Of a DNA stretch of 31,953 bases, positions 17,204 to 27,379 are shown in pieces. The position numbers and the translations under genes are program-made. Position 1 is the first letter of the stretch; every line of letters starts with the position of its first letter. Source of the DNA: Acidobacterium sp. S8 (GTDB lineage Bacteria; Acidobacteriota; Terriglobia; Terriglobales; Acidobacteriaceae). The stretch is from contig NZ_LMUM01000037.1 in the NCBI RefSeq assembly GCF_009765985.1, forward strand, positions 572,960-604,912. The letters are read 5' to 3'. The notes below the pieces were generated by a model. It had not been told where the DNA came from, did no database searches, and saw nothing but the letters and a program-made list of their open reading frames with translations.

Positions 17204-18171
17204 TTCGGGTCTCCTGGCTTTCGGTCGCGCGGGCTGCTTGAACGGATCAACTGGGATGGTCGATTCCTGAGCGAATCGCTGAGCTGATTCAGGTTCTCGG
17301 TTGCCTGACGAATATTCTCGAGCGTCTCATTAATGTTGTCTGAGTTCACTTCGAGCGTATGATCCAAACGATCCGCGACGCTGTTCATCGTCGCTAACGA
17401 CCTGCGCAATTCAAGGATCGCCTGACGAATATCCGGGCCGTTCTGTCCTATCAACGCGTCGACATGATTGATAGTTTTATTTGCCTCGTCGGAAGTCTCC
17501 CGTAAATTCTGAAGCAACGGATCGAGCCTTTGGCTGGCCGCATTCAGGTTTTGTAAGGCCGACTTAACCTGCGCGCGGTTTTCAGCGATCATGCCTCTTG
17601 CCCCGGCGATGGTTCCGGCAAGATTTGCGCGGTTCTGATCATTTAGAAGATCGTTCACGCGGCTGATGGTTACCTTAAAATCTGCTGTGCGGTCGTTGAG
17701 AGACACCAGGAGCCGCTGAGCATCTGGAGCGAGATCGTTGATCTTAGCCGTCAAAGCGTTGAAGTCGACGTAAGGATCGGATGTCAGCAATGATCCGGCT
17801 GGAGCCAGAGCAGCGCTAGTGCTGCCCGGCACAATTTCCAGATGATTGTCCCCAAGTGGACTGAGGCTCTCGATTTTGACGTGGCTGTCAGTTTTTACCG
17901 GCACGCTCCCACTCACGCTGAAGACAACGTCAATGAGGGAAGGATCATTGGGATCGATTTGTATATGTTCTACTCGGCCGGCCTTCGGGCCTCCTGAATA
18001 GCGAACCGTCGCGCCTTCTTCCAGTCCGCCCGCGAAGGCAAACTTGGCATGATACTTAGTCGCCGAGCGGTTGAATAGTCCGCTCAGAGTAAAGACAGTG
18101 ACCAGAAGCAACGCCGCGGCAACGAGGACAAACAGTCCCACAAACACCTGCTCACGTTTTCCATCCATCAT
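17200..18171 (-). CDS. MlaD/MCE-domain substrate-binding protein with a long helical C-terminal region
   Basis: N-terminal TM helix (VFVGLFVLVAAALLLVTVF), an MCE domain (YHAKFAFAGGLEEGATVRYSGGPKAGRVEHIQIDP...VKIESLSPLGDNHLEIVPG), then ~180 aa of coiled-coil-like repeats. ATGA overlap with the upstream ATPase gene. Confidence 0.85.
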   Translation of the reverse strand: MMDGKREQVFVGLFVLVAAALLLVTVFTLSGLFNRSATKYHAKFAFAGGLEEGATVRYSGGPKAGRVEHIQIDPNDPSLIDVVFSVSGSVPVKTDSHVKIESLSPLGDNHLEIVPGSTSAALAPAGSLLTSDPYVDFNALTAKINDLAPDAQRLLVSLNDRTADFKVTISRVNDLLNDQNRANLAGTIAGARGMIAENRAQVKSALQNLNAASQRLDPLLQNLRETSDEANKTINHVDALIGQNGPDIRQAILELRRSLATMNSVADRLDHTLEVNSDNINETLENIRQATENLNQLSDSLRNRPSQLIRSSSPRDRKPGDPK

Positions 18172-19022
18172 GCACCTCTCTTGTCGCCCGACTTGGATCC
18201 CGGTCGATTGTCTTCGGTGAGCATTTGCAGATAATCCATTTCCTCCGACACGTCTGGGTCAGGGGCACGATTGAGAAACTGGCGTACGCGCGGATGGATG
18301 CTGGCACGCATTTCGTCCATCGTCCCAATCGCCACGACGTGGCCTTTGTCCACGACAACCGCGCGATCTGCTATGAGGAAGGCGCTTGCCAATTCGTGCG
18401 TAACCACGACGATGGTCATATGAAAGGCTTTTTTCAGCTTCAGGATCAGCTCGTCAAGCCCGGCGGCGATGATCGGGTCCAGCCCAGCCGACGGTTCATC
18501 AAAAAACAGAATGTCCGGATCCATTGCCATGGCGCGAGCGACCGCTGCTCGCTTCTTCATTCCGCCGCTGAGCTGCGATGGCATGTAATTCTCGAAGCCT
18601 GACAAACCCACCTGCTCCAGCTTCAGCCGCACGATGATCTCGATCGTCGATTGTTCCAGCTTCGTGTGTTCGCGAAGAGGCAGGGCGACATTTTCACCAA
18701 CCGACAAAGAACCGAATAGCGCTGAGCCCTGAAACGACATGCCGAGCTTTTTCCGAATCTGATCCATTTCAGTTGCTGAAATTGCCGCAATATTCTTTCC
18801 TTTCAGCCAGATTTCGCCGGATGTCGGCTTCTCCAATCCCACAAGTGTGCGCAATAGCGTGCTCTTGCCGGAACCCGAGCCTCCAAGAATGACCAGTGTT
18901 TCTCCCCGCTGCACGTCAAAGGTGATTCCATGCAGAATCTCTCGCGTGCCATAGCTTACGCGGAGGTCTCGCAGAGAGATCATCGTTTCCGTGGATGGAC
19001 CAATCTCATCGACCTGTTGCAT
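18168..19022 (-). CDS. mlaF: ABC transporter ATP-binding protein, MlaF-like
   Basis: Walker A GGSGSGKST, signature LSGGMKKR, Walker B ILFFDEPSAGLDP and an H-loop (VTHEL). It is positioned between the MlaE and MlaD homologs. Confidence 0.9.
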   Translation of the reverse strand: MQQVDEIGPSTETMISLRDLRVSYGTREILHGITFDVQRGETLVILGGSGSGKSTLLRTLVGLEKPTSGEIWLKGKNIAAISATEMDQIRKKLGMSFQGSALFGSLSVGENVALPLREHTKLEQSTIEIIVRLKLEQVGLSGFENYMPSQLSGGMKKRAAVARAMAMDPDILFFDEPSAGLDPIIAAGLDELILKLKKAFHMTIVVVTHELASAFLIADRAVVVDKGHVVAIGTMDEMRASIHPRVRQFLNRAPDPDVSEEMDYLQMLTEDNRPGSKSGDKRGA

Positions 19023-19039
19023 GACAAATACTGTAGTTC

Positions 19040-19846
19040 TTACTGGGGGCCCATAAAGAAAAAGATTGCAGTAAAGATTACGTCTACCATGACAACAAGA
19101 AAAATAGACATGACGACAGCCCGGGTGGTCGAGCGTCCGACCTGTTCGGCCCCGGCGCCAGTCGACAATCCTTCGTGACAGCCTATAGCGGCAATCGTAA
19201 CTCCAAACATAAGACTCTTAATCAGACCAGTCATGATGTCGCGTAAGAAAAGCGCGTCCAGTGAGGCCTGAATATAGCGTCCAACTGTAAAGTCCGCTTC
19301 TGCCACACCAAACACTGCTCCGCCAAGTATGCCCATGAAATTCGCCCAGATCGTCAGGCAAGGCACCATAACTATCATGGCGATAAATTTTGGAGTCACC
19401 AGGAACGGAACCGGACCGATCGCCATGGTCGTCAAGGCGTCAAGCTCTTCGGTGACCTTCATGGTTCCGATTTCGGCAGCAAACGCTGATCCTGAACGAC
19501 CGATCACGAGAATGGCAGTGATCAGTGGACCAAGCTCTCTCGTCATCCCCAGAGCAACCGCGGTCGCCACCAGATTCAGCGCGCCAAAAGTGCGGAGTTC
19601 GTATGCGCCTTGAAGTGCCAGGATCAACCCAATAAAGAATGTGATGAGCGAAAGAATCGGAAGCGCACGCACGCCTATTTCCATGGCTTGGGTTACGGAT
19701 GATTGAATACGTAGCGGCTTACCCCTAAAGGGACCTATGAAGGTGAAATAAGCTGCGCGGCCCGAGAGCTCTGCGAGTGCCCCCACATACTGGAGACCTC
19801 CAGATACAGTGCCACCGACTTGAGCTAATAATTCTTCCATCGTCAT
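19040..19846 (-). CDS. mlaE: ABC transporter permease, MlaE-like
   Basis: Multi-TM protein of 268 aa with MlaE-family blocks (RELGPLITAILVIGRSGSAFAAEIGTMKVTEELDAL, TTRAVV). Confidence 0.9.
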   Translation of the reverse strand: MTMEELLAQVGGTVSGGLQYVGALAELSGRAAYFTFIGPFRGKPLRIQSSVTQAMEIGVRALPILSLITFFIGLILALQGAYELRTFGALNLVATAVALGMTRELGPLITAILVIGRSGSAFAAEIGTMKVTEELDALTTMAIGPVPFLVTPKFIAMIVMVPCLTIWANFMGILGGAVFGVAEADFTVGRYIQASLDALFLRDIMTGLIKSLMFGVTIAAIGCHEGLSTGAGAEQVGRSTTRAVVMSIFLVVMVDVIFTAIFFFMGPQ

Positions 19847-19882
19847 CTCGAGAGCAGCCGGATGTTTGAGAAGGCTGCCAAC

Positions 19883-20215
19883 TTATTCCGCAATGGCCTG
19901 CTCTTCGTTGTCGTAGATTTCGAAGACTTTCACCAGCTTGGAGAGTTGCATCACTTCGCGCACCATAGTGCTTAGGCCGAAAAGAGCAAAGCGTGTTCCG
20001 GCATCCCTCGATGCCTTGAGGCCTTCGATAAGTGAGGCAATCCCCGAACTGTCGATGTACCTTACAGCGTTGAGATTGAGAACGACACGGGGCGTCTTAA
20101 GTTCCTTTATCTCGCGCAACAAAGCAGTTCTAAGTTGCGGCGAACTCGCGAGGTCTATTTCCCCGGAAACGTCAATCACCACCAGCCCTGTAGAGCGGCG
20201 CGTATTTAATTGCAC
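19883..20215 (-). CDS. STAS-domain protein (anti-sigma-factor antagonist, SpoIIAA/RsbV-like; possible MlaB analog)
   Basis: 110 aa with the canonical LVVIDVSGEIDLASSPQLR...VVLNLNAVRYIDSSGIASL pattern; the phosphorylatable Ser of the DSSG motif is present. The GTG start overlaps the upstream kinase gene stop by 10 nt. Confidence 0.85.
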   Translation of the reverse strand: MQLNTRRSTGLVVIDVSGEIDLASSPQLRTALLREIKELKTPRVVLNLNAVRYIDSSGIASLIEGLKASRDAGTRFALFGLSTMVREVMQLSKLVKVFEIYDNEEQAIAE

Positions 20216-20733
20216 ACCACACCTCCTTCCGCTTCCTGCCGCGGTTCTGCCTGTCTCAGAAACTTCACAAGGTGTAGACGGTTCGTTCCCTTCTGGTGGC
20301 GGAACCGCACACTGTCCATGCTTTCTCGAATAAACTGTAATCCCAGGCCCCCCGGACGTACTTCGTCGAGAGGGCGGCCACGCAACTCTTCAGCCTTGAC
20401 TCGCACGCCTTTGTCCTTGAGGACAATCTCCAGAGCATCTCGAAGAACGCCGTTGTCGAGCAGTTGGCTGTGGCGACAGTCAACCTCAATCGGTTGATCG
20501 ATCCGTCCGTGATAGGCGTGGCGTATCACGTTGGTCATCGCCTCGTCCACCGCAAGCACCATCGAACGAACCTCCTCAGGCAAAAACCCAGCTGATTCCC
20601 CGAGCTGTCCCAAAGCCGCCCGTACGACGCAGAGCATTCTTGGGTCGCTCCGCAATTCCATTTTCAGCAGTAGGCTGTTACGGCTCACGTCAGAACACTC
20701 CAAATCTATGACGATCATTTCGGGAATCGGCAC
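20206..20733 (-). CDS. Anti-sigma regulatory factor / Ser-Thr protein kinase (RsbW/SpoIIAB-like, HATPase_c_2)
   Basis: N-box-like EAMTNVIRHAY and the G-rich region RPGGLGLQFI are typical of RsbW-type kinases. 20733 is GTG; an alternative ATG is at 20718 (MIVIDLE...). Confidence 0.8.
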   Translation of the reverse strand: MPIPEMIVIDLECSDVSRNSLLLKMELRSDPRMLCVVRAALGQLGESAGFLPEEVRSMVLAVDEAMTNVIRHAYHGRIDQPIEVDCRHSQLLDNGVLRDALEIVLKDKGVRVKAEELRGRPLDEVRPGGLGLQFIRESMDSVRFRHQKGTNRLHLVKFLRQAEPRQEAEGGVVCN

Positions 20734-21231
20734 ACCCTGCTTCGCGATAGATCAAGGAATCGTATTGCAGGCGCATCAGGTGTGTTGTCTCTGTGCGTTG
20801 TACTTGAGAACAGCCGGCCCTTCCGTTCTTAAACAGTGCATTTGCGCTAAAGCGCAGTAACCATTCGAAAGGATCCAAGAGCCCTTCGGGGAAGCCACGC
20901 TTCTGGCTGCATGTTACAGACAGGATGGATCTTGGGAAACTGATAAATATGCTAGGTGCGATAAGGAAAAGCGACAGGTCTGGAACGGCAGTCTGGCTTA
21001 TGTTCGGAACAAGATGGCGCGAATCGTTCGGGATACCATTTTTAGTGTCTTTGGCTCCGTCGCTTGCTTTGCCTTCGGATTGAGAAATTCGAATGCTTGG
21101 TCAGTTGGAACAAGGTGAATAACACAATCTGCTCGCTGTACAGCCACGCACTCCAATCTTCCTCACACAGCGTTAGGATGCTAGACTTGAGACCCTTACC
21201 ACAAACGCTCCTGATATAAGGTTTCGACAAG

Positions 21232-22596
21232 ATGCCTATACCGCCTCGGACACACGGAGCACTTCAAATAAAGCTTCGTGAGTCGTTACTCACCCGCACC
21301 GTGGTGCTGCCGATCCAGCGCTTTATTCACATTCAGGGAATCAGCAGCTTCCTGTTGCTCGCAGCGGCAATTGCCGCTCTGGCTTGGGCCAACTCTCCCT
21401 GGCGCGACTCCTATCATCACGTTTGGGAAATGGAACTTACACTTTCAAAGCTTCGCTTGCCTGTACATGATTGGATCAACGATGCTCTGATGGCCATATT
21501 CTTCTTTCTCGTCGGAATGGAGATCAAACATGAAATAAAGCATGGGGCGCTCGCGGATGTGCGCCGGGCTGCCTTACCATTGTTCGCCGCAGTCGGCGGG
21601 ATGCTGGTGCCCGCTCTGTTATTTACGCTTTTGAACAAGGGCAAGGTGGGCGAACACGGCTGGGCCATTCCGATGGCTACGGATATCGCATTCTCGCTCG
21701 GCGTGCTCAGCATGGTAAAAGGCATTTCGCCGAATCTGAAGATATTCTTGCTTTCTCTCGCCATCGCCGACGATATTGGCGCGATCGCCGTAATTGCACT
21801 CTTCTACAGTGGATCGCTGGATAGAAAATCTCTCTTCGTTGCTCTGCTTCTGCTGGCCGTTATCTTTGGCATTCAAAAGATTGGAGTGAAGCAGCCAATC
21901 ATTTATTCGCTGCTCGGCGTAGGAGTATGGGTCGCCATTTTGCGGTCCGGACTTCACGCCACAATTGCAGGCGTGATCCTCGGATTCATGGTTCCTACCA
22001 CGCGGGGTTTGTCCATGTCCGACTTTCAGGAGATCGCGTCCGACATGCTTGACCGATTCAGAACTGCTTTGTCTGACGGAGACGACAAAACAGCAGAACA
22101 TCTGCTTGGCGCCTTCGAGGAATTGATACAGGGAACCGAGTCCGCAGCAGAACGTCTTACCCGTTTGCTGGAGGACTGGGTTGCGTTTCTGGTACTTCCC
22201 TTGTTTGCGTTGTCGAATGCTGGAGTTACGTTCTCCGCGGGAGCATTCGGCGATTTGCTTACAAGCCGTCTTGCCTGGGGAATTATTCTCGGATTGGTTG
22301 TGGGAAAACCGGTCGGCATCGTTGCGTTCTCGTGGCTGGCGATTCGCTGCCGTCTTGCCTTTCTTCCAAGTCACGTTGCATGGCGTCAGTTGTTCGCTGT
22401 TGGTCTCCTGGCCGGCATCGGTTTTACAGTCTCGATCTTTATCAGCTCCCTTGCATTCGATGAAGGATCCCAACTGTTGAATGCCAAGACTGCGGTTCTG
22501 TGTGCCTCACTGGTTGCGGGCTTGCTGGGATATTTCACTCTGCGCGTCAGGGCAAAATCAGACACGATAGAAACAACAGTAGATCGGGGCGCATGA
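21232..22596 (+). CDS. nhaA: Na+/H+ antiporter NhaA
   Basis: NhaA signature blocks: NDALMAIFFFLVGMEIKHE, WAIPMATDIAF, and LAIADDIGAI, which carries the catalytic DD pair. About 12 TM segments. Confidence 0.9.
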   Translation: MPIPPRTHGALQIKLRESLLTRTVVLPIQRFIHIQGISSFLLLAAAIAALAWANSPWRDSYHHVWEMELTLSKLRLPVHDWINDALMAIFFFLVGMEIKHEIKHGALADVRRAALPLFAAVGGMLVPALLFTLLNKGKVGEHGWAIPMATDIAFSLGVLSMVKGISPNLKIFLLSLAIADDIGAIAVIALFYSGSLDRKSLFVALLLLAVIFGIQKIGVKQPIIYSLLGVGVWVAILRSGLHATIAGVILGFMVPTTRGLSMSDFQEIASDMLDRFRTALSDGDDKTAEHLLGAFEELIQGTESAAERLTRLLEDWVAFLVLPLFALSNAGVTFSAGAFGDLLTSRLAWGIILGLVVGKPVGIVAFSWLAIRCRLAFLPSHVAWRQLFAVGLLAGIGFTVSIFISSLAFDEGSQLLNAKTAVLCASLVAGLLGYFTLRVRAKSDTIETTVDRGA

Positions 22597-22794
22597 TGTT
22601 GAAGAGAGAGAGTCTGACCTTTTCTCCAAACCAAAGATAATGAAGTAGCTGTCACGATGGCGGTCCTTCTTATCAATGAATTCGTTGGAGAGTCGCGGGT
22701 ACGAAGTAGTTATTGCGCCGAGCTTCAGTCTTACCGGTACTGAGAAATGCCGATGTTGTTGGCGAACTGCTGCGCCTTCCGCGCGAACTGAAGC

Positions 22795-24189
22795 TTATTG
22801 CTGCCAGCCTCCTCCAAGAGCGTTATAAAGCTGTACCAGAGCCAGCCGTTCGCTGAGTTGCGCCTGCGCCAGGGAAATTTCCGCGTTGAAATGACGCGTG
22901 TCACTGTCGAGGACTTCGAGGTAGCTAGTGACACCTCCATTATATTGAAGGTTCGCGAGCCGGACCCCATCCTGGGCCGCTGCCGTCAACAATTCCTGCT
23001 GCGCACGAAACTCCTGATTCTTCCGGTACGCAATCAGCGAATCTGAAACTTCACGGAACGCTTGCTGGATGGACTGCTGATAGAACAGAACGGCTTCCTG
23101 CTGTTGCGCCTCGGTCAACCTTACATTGGCGCGTAGTTTTCCTGCAGTAAAGATAGGTTGCGCGAGCTGTGCGCCGAAGGTCCACAGACCTGCCGGCCCG
23201 GTAAACAGACTCGTGAGGGCTGTGCTCTGGTAGCCGGCTACAGCGGTCAGACTAATGTCAGGAAAATACGCCGCCTTCGCCACACCGATCTGCGCATTCG
23301 CTGCAACCAGTTGTTGTTCGGCCGATTGCAGATCAGGTCGCCGCTCCAGTAGCGAGGAAGGCAATCCTGCAGGAACAACCGAAGGAAAATGGTTTTCAAC
23401 AAGAGGCTTTCCGCGCGTAATGGGCTTCGGGTTATCGCCTAAAAGAATGCTTATGAGGTTTTCCTGCTGCTCAATGCTCCGCTCCAGGGCAGGAATGTTC
23501 TCCGCCGCAGCGTAGACCAGTTGTTCGGACTGACGAACATCGAGCATGGAGGTCGTGCCGCCGCTTTCCCGTATCCGCACTAAGCGCAACGACTCGTTGC
23601 GGGAGACGAGTGCATTTCGAGAGATTTGCATTTCGGCATCGAGTTCAAGCAACTGGAAATACGCTGAAGCTACGTTGCTGACTAAGCTCCAGATCACAGC
23701 CTTCCGACCCCACTCCGTGGCCAGAAGGTTAGCGCGTGCTGCTTCAGTGGCCCGGCGATATTTGCCCCAGAAATCCAACTCCCAAGCCAGAGAAAGGTTT
23801 ACCTGGTTAGAACTGGTATTTGTTGCCGACAAGAGCTTCGTCTGAGGAAGACGGGTGTTGGCCGCGCTCGCACCACCGTAGATGGCCGGAAACTGATCCG
23901 CACGGGTAATGCCCAGGGAGGCTTGCGCTTGTAATACACGGGTCGCAGCAATTCGCACGTCATAATTCTGAACGATTGCTTCGCGGATCAAAGCTTGCAA
24001 GGACTGGTCGTCAAAAACGGTCCACCACTTTTCGTCAGCGATGGATGCAGTGGTCTGCGGCGCAGCGTCCGGAGCGAGCCCGCGGTAGGCATCAGGAGCG
24101 GCAATCGTTGGACGCTTGTAATTGGGACCGACGGTGCATCCGGTCAGGAATATAAGGGTGATCGCAACGAGCCGATGTCTGGCGATCAT
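22795..24189 (-). CDS. RND efflux outer-membrane factor lipoprotein (NodT family)
   Basis: Start set at ATG 24189 (MIARHRLVAITLIFLTGCTVGPNYKRP: lipobox plus the NodT GPNYxxP motif), 2 nt after the RND pump stop. The track start at 24402 lies inside the pump gene. Two TolC-like repeats and a C-terminal LYNALGGGW. Confidence 0.9.
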   Translation of the reverse strand: MIARHRLVAITLIFLTGCTVGPNYKRPTIAAPDAYRGLAPDAAPQTTASIADEKWWTVFDDQSLQALIREAIVQNYDVRIAATRVLQAQASLGITRADQFPAIYGGASAANTRLPQTKLLSATNTSSNQVNLSLAWELDFWGKYRRATEAARANLLATEWGRKAVIWSLVSNVASAYFQLLELDAEMQISRNALVSRNESLRLVRIRESGGTTSMLDVRQSEQLVYAAAENIPALERSIEQQENLISILLGDNPKPITRGKPLVENHFPSVVPAGLPSSLLERRPDLQSAEQQLVAANAQIGVAKAAYFPDISLTAVAGYQSTALTSLFTGPAGLWTFGAQLAQPIFTAGKLRANVRLTEAQQQEAVLFYQQSIQQAFREVSDSLIAYRKNQEFRAQQELLTAAAQDGVRLANLQYNGGVTSYLEVLDSDTRHFNAEISLAQAQLSERLALVQLYNALGGGWQQ

Positions 24190-24191
24190 GG

Positions 24192-27100
24192 CTAGTCTCC
24201 CTCCGTGTGCGAGACGGCTGGCAACCCAGCTGGCGGCGTTTCTTTCTTCCCCCAGTGCGACAGCCGTTCCACAACTTCGAACGAGACGGGTATGAAGAAG
24301 ATAGCCAGGACCGAGGCCGCTAGCATGCCGCCGATCACCACGGTTCCCAGCACACGGCGCGAAACTGAGCCCGCGCCGGAAGCCACCCACAACGGCACGC
24401 AACCCAGAATGAAGGCAAATGCGGTCATCAGGATTGGCCGTAACCTCAGCCTTGCGCCGATCAGAGTCGCTTCGATGAGCGGCGTGCCCTTGTCGTACTC
24501 AAGCTTGGCAAATTCGACGATGAGGATGGCATTTTTTGCCGACAGACCGATCAGCATGACCAGCCCAATCTGTGCATACACGTCATTGTCCAGGTGGCGG
24601 AAGTAGAGTGCAAGGAAAGCCCCGAAAACCGCGATGGGCACCCCCAGCAGCACGCTGAAAGGCAGCGTCCAGCTTTCATATTGCGCGGCCATGATGAGGA
24701 AGACGATGAAGAACGCCAGGCCAAAAACGACAGCCGGCGAAACACCTTGCGCGGCCTTCTGCTCCTGGTACGACATGCCCGAGTAGTCGAAACCCATCTG
24801 GCTGGGCATTGTCTTATGGAAGACATCCTCCAACGCCGCCATAACCTGACCGGAGCTGTAACCGGGCGCTGCCGAGGCATTAATCTGGATGCAATTAAAG
24901 AGGTTGTAGCGCATGACAAATTCCGCGCCACTGCGTGGATAGGTAGTTGTCAGCGTACTCAATGGGACCATGTCGCCTGAGGCATTCCTGACATAAAACT
25001 TGCCGAGATTTTCTGCCTGGGTTCGAAAGTCGCCATCGGCCTGAACATACACCTGCCACTGCAGGCCGAAGCGGTTGAAGAAGTTCACCAGTGAACCGCC
25101 CATAAACGTCTGCACAGTCTGGTACAGATCGCTCAGCTGAATCTGCTGCGTCATCGCCTTGGCGTTGTCGACCCTTACTCCGACCTGGGGGACACTGAGC
25201 AGCGCCGTGGACAATACTCCCGACAACTCAGGACGCTTGCGAAGCTCGGACACAAAGATTTGAGCGTTTTTTGCAAGAAAATCAATGCTGCCGCCGGACC
25301 TGTCTTCGAGAATGAAAGTGGCGCCTCCCGAAGTGCCTACACCCGGGATCGCGGGAGGCGGAAACGAGAATGCAAGCCCCTCTGTGCGTTGACCGAGTAC
25401 CCGTTGCAGATGCGCCTTAATTCCGTTGTAACTCTCTTCCGGAGTCTTGCGTTCCTCCCACGGTTTCAGGGAGATGAAGAAGAAAGAGCTATAAGTAGCG
25501 TTGACGCCGCTTAACATGCTGTATCCCACAACCGAACTGACATACCGAACGCCGGGCGTCTCCATGATGGCTTTCTCGACTTGCCGCGAGGCCTCCGACG
25601 TGCGTTCGAGCGACGACGCGTTGGGTAACTGCAAGCCGCCGTAGAGATATCCCTGGTCTTCATCGGGGAGAAAGCTTCCTGGGATCTGCTTGCCGAAGAA
25701 ACCGGCACCCACGGTGAGCGCGGCAAGCAGGAGAAAGGACAGGCCGGCCTTATGGATCATATGCCTGCATACATTCACGTAACCGTCAGTGGCGCGCCCG
25801 AAGACACGGTTGAACCAGCGGAAGAAAGCGCCAAGCGGCCCACGTGCAGGCTTCTTGGGTCGCAACAGCAACGCGGAAAGCGCAGGGCTGAGGGTGAGGG
25901 CGTTGAACGCGGAGAAGAGCACCGAAATCGCGATCGTAACCGCGAACTGCTTATAAAGCTGGCCGGTGATACCTGGAACGAAGGCCGTGGGAATGAACAC
26001 TGCGGCCAGAATAAGTGCAATGGCAATTACGGGTCCGGAGACCTCCTCCATCGCCTTGAGGGCGGCGTCGTGGGGTGACAGCCCATGCTCGATATGGTGT
26101 TCTACTGCCTCCACGACAACAATCGCATCGTCAACGACCAGCCCAATCGCAAGGACAAGTCCGAAGAGCGAAAGGGTATTGATGGAGAACCCAAGCATAG
26201 GAAAGACGACAAAGGTTCCGATCAACGAAACGGGGACGGCGAGCAACGGAATCAGCGTTGCTCTCCAACCCTGGAGGAAGATGTACACGACCAGGATCAC
26301 AAGAATAAGAGCTTCTCCCAGCGTGTGGTAAATTTCATTGATGCCAGCGCTGACGGCGAGCGTCGTATCGAGGGCGACAGTGTAATCCAGGCCCTGGGGA
26401 AATCTGCGGCTTGCCTCCTCCATCATCTTGAGTACAGCGGCTCGCGTCTGCAGCGCATTGCTGCCCGGAGTCAGGTAGAGCGCGATGAGCGCTGCGGGCT
26501 GCGCAGGTTTCCCCGACCCTGCCACTCCCATACGCGCGAGAAAGGAATAATATTGCGATCCCAGTTCCACGCGAGCCACGTCCTTCAACCGAAGGATTGA
26601 GCCGTCAGGTTCAGCGCGGACTACGATTTCGCCAAACTCCTCAACGGTGGGCAGGCGCCCCGGGGCGCGCACATTGTAAGTAAATTGCTGACCGGAAGGA
26701 ACGGGCTCACCGCCAATCTGGCCTGCGGGATTGACTTTGTTCTGGGCCTTTACGGCATTCGTAATATCAGTTACCGTCACCCCCAGGCTCGCCAGCTTAT
26801 CCGGGTTTACCCAAATGCGCATCGCGTAAGGTCCTGCGCCGAATATCTGTACCTGCCCGACGCCTGAAATGCGCGTCAGCGCGTACTGCAAATTGATGGT
26901 GGCGTAGTTGGCCAGAAAGATGTTGTCATACGTGCCGCTAGGTGAGTAGAGATTCAGCAGCATGAAGGGTGCGGTCGTTCCGGGCTGCACAATTACGCCT
27001 TGCTGCGTCACCTCGGAGGGCAGTTGCGAGTTGGCCTGTCCGCTCCGCATCTGCGCCAGAATCTGGTCGGTATTGGTATCTGTCCCCAACTGAAAGTCAA

Positions 27101-27377
27101 CGTACAGGCTCATTCCACCGCCGGAGCTGGCACTCAGCGAATACATGTAGTTCATGCCGCTGACGCCTGACATTTGCTGCTCGATGGGTGTTGCGACCGA
27201 CTCCGCAATCGTTTGAGCATCCGCGCCGGGATAGGTGGCCTTTACCTGGATCATCGGGTCGGCGATATTAGGAAACTGTGCTGTGGGCAAACCGAGCATT
27301 GCGACCACGCCGACCAGCACCATCAGGATGGAAATGACCATCGCGACGATGGGGCGATTGATAAAGAATTTCGCCAT
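24192..27377 (-). CDS. RND multidrug/hydrophobe efflux pump, inner-membrane permease (AcrB/MexB, HAE1 family)
   Basis: 1061 aa. N-terminal MAKFFINRPIVAMVISILMVLVG, the TM4 block GLVLAIGLVVDDAIVVVE with the proton-relay DD, and the duplicated 6-TM plus large-loop architecture. Confidence 0.95.
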   Translation of the reverse strand: MAKFFINRPIVAMVISILMVLVGVVAMLGLPTAQFPNIADPMIQVKATYPGADAQTIAESVATPIEQQMSGVSGMNYMYSLSASSGGGMSLYVDFQLGTDTNTDQILAQMRSGQANSQLPSEVTQQGVIVQPGTTAPFMLLNLYSPSGTYDNIFLANYATINLQYALTRISGVGQVQIFGAGPYAMRIWVNPDKLASLGVTVTDITNAVKAQNKVNPAGQIGGEPVPSGQQFTYNVRAPGRLPTVEEFGEIVVRAEPDGSILRLKDVARVELGSQYYSFLARMGVAGSGKPAQPAALIALYLTPGSNALQTRAAVLKMMEEASRRFPQGLDYTVALDTTLAVSAGINEIYHTLGEALILVILVVYIFLQGWRATLIPLLAVPVSLIGTFVVFPMLGFSINTLSLFGLVLAIGLVVDDAIVVVEAVEHHIEHGLSPHDAALKAMEEVSGPVIAIALILAAVFIPTAFVPGITGQLYKQFAVTIAISVLFSAFNALTLSPALSALLLRPKKPARGPLGAFFRWFNRVFGRATDGYVNVCRHMIHKAGLSFLLLAALTVGAGFFGKQIPGSFLPDEDQGYLYGGLQLPNASSLERTSEASRQVEKAIMETPGVRYVSSVVGYSMLSGVNATYSSFFFISLKPWEERKTPEESYNGIKAHLQRVLGQRTEGLAFSFPPPAIPGVGTSGGATFILEDRSGGSIDFLAKNAQIFVSELRKRPELSGVLSTALLSVPQVGVRVDNAKAMTQQIQLSDLYQTVQTFMGGSLVNFFNRFGLQWQVYVQADGDFRTQAENLGKFYVRNASGDMVPLSTLTTTYPRSGAEFVMRYNLFNCIQINASAAPGYSSGQVMAALEDVFHKTMPSQMGFDYSGMSYQEQKAAQGVSPAVVFGLAFFIVFLIMAAQYESWTLPFSVLLGVPIAVFGAFLALYFRHLDNDVYAQIGLVMLIGLSAKNAILIVEFAKLEYDKGTPLIEATLIGARLRLRPILMTAFAFILGCVPLWVASGAGSVSRRVLGTVVIGGMLAASVLAIFFIPVSFEVVERLSHWGKKETPPAGLPAVSHTEGD

Positions 27378-27379
27378 GG

